A DNA stretch of 24,000 nt from an uncultured Anaerolineaceae bacterium (GTDB taxonomy: Bacteria; Chloroflexota; Anaerolineae; Anaerolineales; Anaerolineaceae). The notes beneath the pieces are model-generated. The model had not been told where the DNA came from and did not search any database. It saw only the letters and a list, made by a program, of their open reading frames with translations. Shown in pieces: positions 17,570 to 24,000 of the stretch. Each line of letters starts with the position of its first letter. Position 1 is the stretch's first letter. Location: assembly GCA_964428425.1 (NCBI GenBank), contig CAYRYL010000010.1, forward strand, positions 31,346-55,345, in the 5' to 3' direction. Made by a program: the position numbers and the translations under genes.

Positions 17570-18274
17570 CTATGCCGCTCCAAGGTAACGATGGATCATG
17601 GCTTTGTCCGCTTCCAGGTCTTTCATCAACCCGGATGCGACGGACTTTCCCTCTTCGATTATTACGAAGTATTTTGCTAACTTGCTCGCCACGAGGAAGT
17701 TCTGTTCCACCAATATTACCGTGCTCTGCTCGGATAACTGGCGAATGACGTCAATCATATGTTCGATGATAACTGGCGCGAGCCCCTCACTGGGCTCGTC
17801 GATCAGGAGCAGGCTGTTATCTGCCACCAATGCCCGGGCAATTGACAGCATTTGCTGCTGCCCGCCGGAAAGCGCAGTGCCTCCCAGATTTATGAACTTT
17901 TTTAGATCAGGGAATAGGTCAAAAATAAAGGTGCGCTTTCTATCAAGGTCGCCCTTATTTCTCTCTGCGATTTTCAGGTTTTCCTCAACTGATAAGTCTC
18001 TAAAGATCACGCGATGCTCCGGGACGAAACCGATACCGAGTGCCGCGATCTCAAATGGCGGCATGCCCTGGACTTCCTTGCCCTCAAAAATTACTTTCCC
18101 TTCACGCACAGACGCAAGACCCAGGATGGATTTCAGGGTGGTTGTCTTACCAGCACCGTTGCGACCAAGGAGTGCTGTAACCGCACCCTGGGGAACTACA
18201 AAATCAACATTCTGCAGGATATGATACTGGTTGATAAAGGAATGGATGTTCTTTACCTCGAGAATATTACTCAT
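17570..18274 (-). CDS. livF: ABC transporter ATPase, LivF family
   Basis: Walker A GRNGAGKTT, signature LSGGQQQ, Walker B LLLIDEPSEGLAP. Confidence 0.92.
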   Translation of the reverse strand: MSNILEVKNIHSFINQYHILQNVDFVVPQGAVTALLGRNGAGKTTTLKSILGLASVREGKVIFEGKEVQGMPPFEIAALGIGFVPEHRVIFRDLSVEENLKIAERNKGDLDRKRTFIFDLFPDLKKFINLGGTALSGGQQQMLSIARALVADNSLLLIDEPSEGLAPVIIEHMIDVIRQLSEQSTVILVEQNFLVASKLAKYFVIIEEGKSVASGLMKDLEADKAMIHRYLGAA

Positions 18275-18324
18275 ACTATCTCCATTCCCAATAATTTCTA
18301 TTTATTTGCTGCAAGAGAACACTC

Positions 18325-19098
18325 CTATAAGTTAAGGTCATAGAGTCCTCCAAGATATGCAGTTTGCACATCGTGATTCGCTGCAATTTCAGCAGGGGTA
18401 CCCTGCGCGAGGACCTTGCCCTGGTGCATGACGGTGATCATATCCGATACCCTCATAACCACATTCATGTTGTGTTCTACCAAAATAACCGTTTTTGTAC
18501 CGGATTGTTGAACTTCCTGGATCAGGGTAATCAACTCAGGCACCTGTTCAGTAGCCAAGCCGGCCGTTGGCTCGTCCAGAAGCAGCAATTCGGGATCAGG
18601 CGCGAGGATCATTCCAAGCTCCAGTTTGCGCTGATCTCCATGCGAAAGCACTCTCGCTGGCTGAAATGCTTGTGATTTCAACCCAACTTTTTCAACGACT
18701 TCAATAGTACGCGCTTCACAGCGATCCATTTTTGCGGTATCCATCAGGAAGCGAAAATTTTTGCCCTCCATTGCTTGTGAAGCCAGGCGGATATTTTCGT
18801 GTACCGTCAAATTGGGGAAGATATTGGTGATCTGAAAAGAGCGACCCATCCCAAGATGTATCATGCGGTGGACTGGCTTGCCGGTCAGGTCCATGCCTTT
18901 ATAAAACACCTTGCCGCTGGTGGGCTTTAAGTTCCCGCTCAACAGATTGAAAAAGGTGGTCTTTCCAGCGCCATTGGGTCCAATGATGGCATGCAAGGTG
19001 CCGGCTTCGATCTTGATACTGACGTCGTCCACCGCCGCCAAGGCACCAAAATACTTGGTCAGATTTTGCGTTTCAATAATAGTCTCTCGTGCCGCCAT
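18325..19098 (-). CDS. livG: ABC transporter ATPase, LivG family
   Basis: GPNGAGKTTFFNLLSG, SHGDQRKLELGMILAPDPELLLLDEPTAGL. Confidence 0.92.
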   Translation of the reverse strand: MAARETIIETQNLTKYFGALAAVDDVSIKIEAGTLHAIIGPNGAGKTTFFNLLSGNLKPTSGKVFYKGMDLTGKPVHRMIHLGMGRSFQITNIFPNLTVHENIRLASQAMEGKNFRFLMDTAKMDRCEARTIEVVEKVGLKSQAFQPARVLSHGDQRKLELGMILAPDPELLLLDEPTAGLATEQVPELITLIQEVQQSGTKTVILVEHNMNVVMRVSDMITVMHQGKVLAQGTPAEIAANHDVQTAYLGGLYDLNL

Positions 19099-19147
19099 AA
19101 TAACTCACTTCTCTACTTGATTTGCGGACTTTGCGAAGGTAAAACAG

Positions 19148-19182
19148 TGTCCCTGGAAGCCCGCAAAGCCTCCAGGGACACG
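19148..19182. terminator. Perfect 11-bp hairpin between SBP gene and livG (attenuator or mRNA stabiliser)
   Basis: GTGTCCCTGGA-AGCCCGCAAAGCC-TCCAGGGACAC, immediately downstream of the SBP stop codon in the minus orientation. Confidence 0.65.
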
Positions 19183-19195
19183 CATTCACAAAAGA

Positions 19196-20599
19196 TTACT
19201 TGCCGGACAGGCTGCCGATTGGCAGATCACCGCAGCGGCTCTGCAGAGCTTCGGGAAGCAAGCAGGGGGGCTCGGGGCGGGTGGTATCAACAAAGGAGTA
19301 GTAGTTACCGGTAGGATCGGTAACATTCTCGAGCTTGAGAATGTACATATCCTGGATGGCAACGTGGTCTTCGGGGCGAATGCTTATGGTGCCCTTGGGT
19401 CCTTCGAACTCAAGACCTTCCATCGCGGCGATTAATGTGGCGGGGGTGACATCGCCATTGGTCTTCTTGAGGGTCTCAACAATCATGATGGCGGCGTTAA
19501 AACCGTCAGCATCGAAGAGATCAGGATAGACGCCGTAACGACCGCTGGCTTCAGCCACGAGGAAATCGTTGATGGCGTTCTTGGGAGCAGACCAGTGGTA
19601 GAGGATACCAGCAGTGGTGCCGATAGCGTTGCCATAGAAGACTGGGGTCAGCATGTTATCGATGAAAGTGGTACCGAGTTCCATGGTTTCAGTGACGCCT
19701 TGGTCCTTGGCAGCCTGGACGAGGGAGATAAAGCCTGCGCCAGCCCAGGAAACGATGTAGGCTTCTGCGCCGGAGGCAGCGATCTGCTCCATGTAAGGAG
19801 TGAACTCACCGGTGGTGGCAGGAGCAAAGATGTCATCAGCTACGAATGTGCCGCCATCCAGGGTGCAGGCATCGCGGAAAGCTTCAGCGGAGCCGTGCCC
19901 AAAGGCATAGTCAGCGGCGATCTGGATGAAAGATTTGTATTTGGCTGTGAGAGCTTTACACTCATTGATGGCGTCCTGGTAGTTGTTGCGGGAGGTTCGG
20001 AAGGTGAACTCATTAAAATCCTTGCCAGTGATATCGTTGGCTGCAGCAGGTGCCACAATTAATGGAATTTCATTGGCAAGGGCAATACCCTGCAAAACAG
20101 CAGTGGTGCCAGAGGAGGCGGTGCCGACCAGTAAATCAACCTTCTGGATGTCAATCAGTTCGTTCGCAACGGTGGTTGTGGTCTCGGGAACACTAGTGTC
20201 ATCACGCACAATTACCTGGATTTCGCAATCGTCAATTTTGAAAGTGCTTTCCTGGGCATTAGCAAAATTAAAGACAGGACCAGCGGTCCCTTCAGCACCA
20301 GTCGCGTATTCCATACCGAGCATGAACCCGCGTTGAATCATGGCACCGTAGATTGCATAACCACCAGTGATATCAGTGATTAAACCAACTTTGATAGGTT
20401 CAGCACAAGTCAAACCAGCTGCAGGCTCTTCGGTGGCGACTGGTTCCTCAGTTACCACGGGCTCTTCGGTTGCCACAGGAGCCTCGGTTGCCACGGGGGG
20501 TTCTGTGACGACGGGAGCCGCAGTGGGTTGGGCGCATGCACCCAGGACCATGCTAGCGACGAGCAGCATGGCTAAGACAAAAAACATCGACTTTTTCAT
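19196..20599 (-). CDS. LIV-type ABC transporter substrate-binding lipoprotein
   Basis: Lipobox LVASMVLGACAQ, then a TE/P repeat linker, then AEPIKVGLITDITGGYAIYGAMIQRGFMLGMEYATGA with periplasmic-binding type I features. Confidence 0.9.
   Translation of the reverse strand: MKKSMFFVLAMLLVASMVLGACAQPTAAPVVTEPPVATEAPVATEEPVVTEEPVATEEPAAGLTCAEPIKVGLITDITGGYAIYGAMIQRGFMLGMEYATGAEGTAGPVFNFANAQESTFKIDDCEIQVIVRDDTSVPETTTTVANELIDIQKVDLLVGTASSGTTAVLQGIALANEIPLIVAPAAANDITGKDFNEFTFRTSRNNYQDAINECKALTAKYKSFIQIAADYAFGHGSAEAFRDACTLDGGTFVADDIFAPATTGEFTPYMEQIAASGAEAYIVSWAGAGFISLVQAAKDQGVTETMELGTTFIDNMLTPVFYGNAIGTTAGILYHWSAPKNAINDFLVAEASGRYGVYPDLFDADGFNAAIMIVETLKKTNGDVTPATLIAAMEGLEFEGPKGTISIRPEDHVAIQDMYILKLENVTDPTGNYYSFVDTTRPEPPCLLPEALQSRCGDLPIGSLSGK
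20426..20515 (-). repeat. 18-bp-unit coding minisatellite (about 5 units)
   Basis: Encodes P(V/V-A)TE(P/A/E) hexapeptides: PVVTEP-PVATEA-PVATEE-PVVTEE-PVATEE. Confidence 0.7.
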
Positions 20600-20635
20600 T
20601 TTTTCTCCTTGTAATTAGTCGTTTAATGATTGCCG

Positions 20636-20651
20636 GCGGCAAATTTGCCGC
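20636..20651. repeat. 16-bp perfect palindrome GCGGCAAATTTGCCGC between hydrolase and SBP genes
   Basis: Read directly; inside the 69-bp intergenic gap. Confidence 0.7.
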
Positions 20652-20668
20652 TGACTTTCTTAATAAAG

Positions 20669-21472
20669 TTAGCCCCGTCCACTGTGTTTCAACACAAAGC
20701 CCAAGAGCAGCGTGTTGAGTGGTTCGGGTTTATCCAGGCAGAGCGCGTGCCCTGCTCTGGGGACAACCACATACTCAACTTGCGGAATCCGCGCCACCAT
20801 TATCTCTGCCATCTTGCGTCCCTTGATCTGGTCTTCCTCCCCTACCACGATCAAAGTCGGACAGGTTATCTGGTTCAATTGTTCCGTGATGTTATAAGTC
20901 CTAAACGCGTCCATCAGTTTTACAAAAGACGTCAGATTCAGTTTGGCAAAATTGGCATGCGCCGCAGGCAGCAAAGCAGCGTTTTTCTTCAGATATTCCT
21001 CTCCAAAGTTGAGGAATACTGAAGTGTGGAACAGTAAGTCCGCATCATTGCGTTCTCCCGCAAGCTTCCACGGATAGGATTGCAATTCCAGCAAGAGGGG
21101 CACTTCAGAGACGCCATCAATCACCATCAGACTTTTGGTTTTCTCAGGGTACCGCAGGGCAAAAACCAAACTCACCTCAGAGCCATAAGAAATGCCCGCA
21201 ACGTGAGCTTTTTCAATCCCAAGCGCATCCAGCAATCCCGCCAGGTCATCGGCATGTAATTCCATCGAGTACGGACCTTCAGGATGGTCGGACTGCCACA
21301 TTCCTCTACAATCATACAGCAGAACACGGAAGTGCTTGGAAAGCGCTTGTGTCTGGAAATACCAGCTGGCAGTGCTCATCATGATTCCGTTTGTAAGCAC
21401 AATCACGTCCCCGTCTTCGGGTCCGTGCAATTCGTAATAGAGATTGATGCTGTTAACGGCGATCCTTGGCAT
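20669..21472 (-). CDS. Alpha/beta-fold hydrolase
   Basis: MPRIAVNSINLYYELHGPEDGDVIVLTNG...VAGISYGSEVSL nucleophile elbow, VVGEEDQIKG, PRAGHALCLDKPEPLN. Confidence 0.88.
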   Translation of the reverse strand: MPRIAVNSINLYYELHGPEDGDVIVLTNGIMMSTASWYFQTQALSKHFRVLLYDCRGMWQSDHPEGPYSMELHADDLAGLLDALGIEKAHVAGISYGSEVSLVFALRYPEKTKSLMVIDGVSEVPLLLELQSYPWKLAGERNDADLLFHTSVFLNFGEEYLKKNAALLPAAHANFAKLNLTSFVKLMDAFRTYNITEQLNQITCPTLIVVGEEDQIKGRKMAEIMVARIPQVEYVVVPRAGHALCLDKPEPLNTLLLGFVLKHSGRG

Positions 21473-21484
21473 TGTTACGATCCT

Positions 21485-21901
21485 TTATGCAGGCTCAAAC
21501 GCGAGGTATTTTTTTGCGGATTCACCCTCGCCACGGACGATAAAGGTCTGTTTAAGGGGTAAACCCACTTTGATGGCGGCGGGTTCGCTCAAGTCCAGAC
21601 CAACAATTTGAGCGCTGATGCGCGGACCTTCCTCGAGCGCCACGATCCCAACACAGTAGGGGTTTTTGGCGTTGTATCCAGCATCCGCCATGCTCGTCGG
21701 GGGAACATAGATTACAGTGAACGTTGCCAGGGTGCCTTTTCCGGCTGTGTGGATACGTTCCACCTGGCTTGAATGGCAGCGTGGGCAGAGTTGGCGCTGT
21801 GGGACCGAGATGTTACCGCAGGCGAGGCAGCGGGATCCGATCAAGATGTCTTCCGCTATCGCCTGGTTGTAAGCTTTAGTGTGTAAGGCTTGGTCTGTCA
21901 T
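21485..21901 (-). CDS. DUF35 / OB-fold Zn-ribbon acyl-CoA-associated protein
   Basis: MTDQALHTKAYNQAIAEDILIGSRCLACGNISVPQRQLCPRCHSSQVERIHTAGKGTLATFTVIYV; four-Cys ribbon plus OB fold. Start shifted to internal Met. Confidence 0.88.
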   Translation of the reverse strand: MTDQALHTKAYNQAIAEDILIGSRCLACGNISVPQRQLCPRCHSSQVERIHTAGKGTLATFTVIYVPPTSMADAGYNAKNPYCVGIVALEEGPRISAQIVGLDLSEPAAIKVGLPLKQTFIVRGEGESAKKYLAFEPA

Positions 21902-21902
21902 C

Positions 21903-23165
21903 TTAGTTCCTCTTTTCAAAAATGTGCACCACACAGGTCTGCCCGGTGCCGCCCACATTATGGGTCAGGGCATATCTTAGGTTGCCTCGCAACTGGCGTT
22001 CTCCCCCAAGACCATGCATCTGCTTCCAAACTTCCACCACCTGCCCCACCCCGGAGGCACCAACTGGATGCCCCTTGGACTTCAAGCCGCCGCTGGTGTT
22101 AATAGGGTGACTGCCCGCACGAGAGGTTTTCCCCTCCATAGCCGCCTTCCAGCCTTCACCGCGAGGGAAGAAGCCCAGATCTTCGGTTGCCATGATCTCA
22201 GCGATCGTGAAGCAGTCGTGGACCTCCGCAAAATCGATATCCTCAGGAGTTATCTCCGCCATTTCGTAGGCACGTGCTGAGGCTTTTGCCGCGGCTGGCA
22301 CTTCGCTCAGAGAAGCTCTCTCAGCCAGGGTGCCGTCGCTTGCCTGCCCCGAACCTACCACGAATAGCGGCTGATCGGTGAAATTTGCCGCCAGCTCCTC
22401 GCTCACCAACAGAACCGCTGCGGCTCCATCAGATACCGGAGAGCAATCAAACAGGCGCAGAGGCCAGGCTATCATCGGATTTGACTTTGGGTCTTTGAGG
22501 AAAGCCATTTCATCTTCCCACTGTGGAATTGGTAGTCCCTTTTGCTCAGCTTTGCGTTGTTTGCTGACCATCACGTCTTTGATTGTCTGATTAAACTGGG
22601 CTTTTTCGTTCAACGCCCCGTTTTCGTGGTTTTTGATAGCTACACGCAGGAGCGCGTCGGGGTCGGCTTTGTATTGGTCCAGGTAAGCAGTTGCCATGGC
22701 GGCATAAAAGCCGGGAAATGTGAAGCCAGCTGGGATTTCAAACAGCGAATCCGCTGCCAGCGCTAACGCGTCGGTGACCTTTGCTCCAGGCAGGTCGGTC
22801 ATTTTTTCAAGACCACCCACCAGCACCATATCCACTTCCCCCGAAGCAATTGCCAGCACGCCCTGCCGCAACGCCACACCGCCGCTGGCACACGCATCTT
22901 CGATGCGGGTGCTCGCAACTGGTGAGAGCCCCACCCAGCTCGCCACGATCGGAGCCAGGTGAGCCTGGTTCTCGAAATGGTCAGAGGTGAAGTTGCCCAT
23001 ATAGAAGGCTTCGATATCTTTGGGATCAAAACCCTTTTGAACACTCTGCCGCAATTCCTGAAAAGCCTCAACGAATAAATCCCGCGAAGTTTTATCGGGG
23101 AATACGCCAAATTTGCTCATCCCCACACCAACAACGGCTACCCCCCGTGATAACTTCTTCGCCAT
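21903..23165 (-). CDS. Thiolase-superfamily protein (archaeal-type acetyl-CoA acetyltransferase / SCP-x-like)
   Basis: RIEDACASGGVALRQG active-site region; FAEVHDCFTIAE; NTSGGLKSKGHPVGASGVGQ; HNVGGTGQTCVVHIFEK. Confidence 0.9.
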   Translation of the reverse strand: MAKKLSRGVAVVGVGMSKFGVFPDKTSRDLFVEAFQELRQSVQKGFDPKDIEAFYMGNFTSDHFENQAHLAPIVASWVGLSPVASTRIEDACASGGVALRQGVLAIASGEVDMVLVGGLEKMTDLPGAKVTDALALAADSLFEIPAGFTFPGFYAAMATAYLDQYKADPDALLRVAIKNHENGALNEKAQFNQTIKDVMVSKQRKAEQKGLPIPQWEDEMAFLKDPKSNPMIAWPLRLFDCSPVSDGAAAVLLVSEELAANFTDQPLFVVGSGQASDGTLAERASLSEVPAAAKASARAYEMAEITPEDIDFAEVHDCFTIAEIMATEDLGFFPRGEGWKAAMEGKTSRAGSHPINTSGGLKSKGHPVGASGVGQVVEVWKQMHGLGGERQLRGNLRYALTHNVGGTGQTCVVHIFEKRN

Positions 23166-23168
23166 ACC

Positions 23169-23486
23169 CTACTCCTCTTCCTTAATATAAGTCACGCCAG
23201 CCTGTGAGTCGGTCGGTCTGGCGTGCTCGCCAGCTGTTACCAGGTTCATTTTGAGCAAGTTACCTTCTACTTGATAACGGCCTTCATACTTTCCGACCAA
23301 GCCAAAAGCGTGCTTCTGCTGGTCCATATCGATCAGCCCGTTTTCTGCCTGCCAGGTGCCGCTCGAAACAATTCCCAGGGCATCATAGCGCGCTTCAAAA
23401 TTGCCATCATCGAGGAATGCAAAGAATAAACCGGGGTAAGGCTGATCTTCGGTTTGTGTCCACTTGCCAAGCAATGATTTATCCAT
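23169..23486 (-). CDS. Uncharacterised 105-aa, beta-rich protein
   Basis: ORF sits 3 nt from the thiolase gene; MDKSLLGKWTQTEDQPYPGLFFAFLDDGNFEARYDALGIVSSGTWQAENG; tight operon spacing. Confidence 0.7.
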   Translation of the reverse strand: MDKSLLGKWTQTEDQPYPGLFFAFLDDGNFEARYDALGIVSSGTWQAENGLIDMDQQKHAFGLVGKYEGRYQVEGNLLKMNLVTAGEHARPTDSQAGVTYIKEEE

Positions 23487-23496
23487 TTAGCTCCTG

Positions 23497-24000
23497 TTAA
23501 AAGTACTGTTTATCGGGTACGATACCCAGTCGGTGCGACTCTTCCCGAATCGATTCCCTGAAATCAGGATGTGCGATCTTGATCAAGGCTTCCATGCGCT
23601 TCTTTACCGAGAGCCCGCGCAACTGAGCGCTGCCATACTCCGTCACGATCGTATCCACATCCTGGCTGGGAACCGTCACGCCAGCCCCGGGTGCCAAGGT
23701 TGGAACAATAGTCGAAATGGTGCCGTTCTTGGCGGTCGAACGCAGGGCGATGATTCCTTTTCCGCCTTGTGACATTTGCGCGCCACGGTGGGTGTCGAGC
23801 TGCCCGCCCGTGCCGCTGAACTGGCGCGTGCCAAGGCTCTGGGAACAAACTTGCCCGAGCACGTCCACCTGGATAGCAGTATTGATGCTGATCATCTTGT
23901 AATTTTGGGCGATCACATAGGGGTTGTTTACATAACTTCCCCGCATTGTATAGACCGGAGACATAGGTAACAAGTGATCGGACACATAGGTTACACATTG
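23497..24000 (-). CDS. Acetyl-CoA hydrolase/transferase (4-hydroxybutyrate CoA-transferase-like), C-terminal part; extends beyond window
   Basis: NNPYVIAQNYKMISINTAIQVDVLGQVCSQSLGTRQFSGTGGQLDTHRGAQMSQGGKGIIALRSTAKNGTISTIVPTLAPGAGVT...VTEYGSAQLRGLSVKKR. Frame remains open from 23985 to 24000, so the track start at 23985 is an artefact of truncation. Confidence 0.88.
   Translation of the reverse strand, partial: QCVTYVSDHLLPMSPVYTMRGSYVNNPYVIAQNYKMISINTAIQVDVLGQVCSQSLGTRQFSGTGGQLDTHRGAQMSQGGKGIIALRSTAKNGTISTIVPTLAPGAGVTVPSQDVDTIVTEYGSAQLRGLSVKKRMEALIKIAHPDFRESIREESHRLGIVPDKQYF

Noticed and set aside
21485-23165. Complete archaeal-style mevalonate complex (thiolase-DUF35-HMG-CoA synthase)
   Set aside because: Thiolase and DUF35 are present but there is no HMG-CoA synthase in the window, so a mevalonate assignment is not supported.
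23564-23998. 144-aa minus-strand ORF overlapping the CoA-transferase
   Set aside because: Alternate frame of the conserved acetyl-CoA hydrolase C-terminal domain.
1-24000. Phage defence, toxin-antitoxin, retron or similar systems
   Set aside because: No protein or RNA signature recognised. The lone GIY-YIG protein is of the small housekeeping-like type and not paired with a methyltransferase or immunity gene.

Overview
The window looks like a chromosomal segment from an anaerobic Chloroflexota-type bacterium. The taxonomy is inferred from gene content and style only. From left to right it contains: (1) the N-terminal ~1350 aa of a very large secreted right-handed beta-helix protein on the minus strand. 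It runs off the left edge and is absent from the supplied ORF track. A strong upstream promoter and a ~600-nt structured leader precede it. (2) An intergenic region with two 172-bp MITE-like elements with terminal inverted repeats, a partial third copy, and a small GIY-YIG nuclease. (3) A GPH/MelB-type sugar symporter and an EstA/esterase-D-type hydrolase. (4) A minus-strand arsenic/metalloid operon: arsR, COG0701 permease, DUF2703-like Cys-rich protein, small thioredoxin, acr3. (5) Two uncharacterised exported or membrane proteins and a PHP-domain metallohydrolase. (6) A long minus-strand operon-like block: acetyl-CoA hydrolase/CoA-transferase (partial), a 105-aa protein, an archaeal-type thiolase, a DUF35 Zn-ribbon protein, an alpha/beta hydrolase, and a complete LIV-type ABC transporter. 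The LivH-like permease of that transporter is unusually long. I see no convincing tRNA, rRNA, CRISPR or phage defence system. The most interesting items are the leader of the beta-helix gene, the recurring vicinal-Cys motifs across the arsenic operon, the enlarged LivH-like permease with its linked CoA-metabolism genes, and the MITE cluster.
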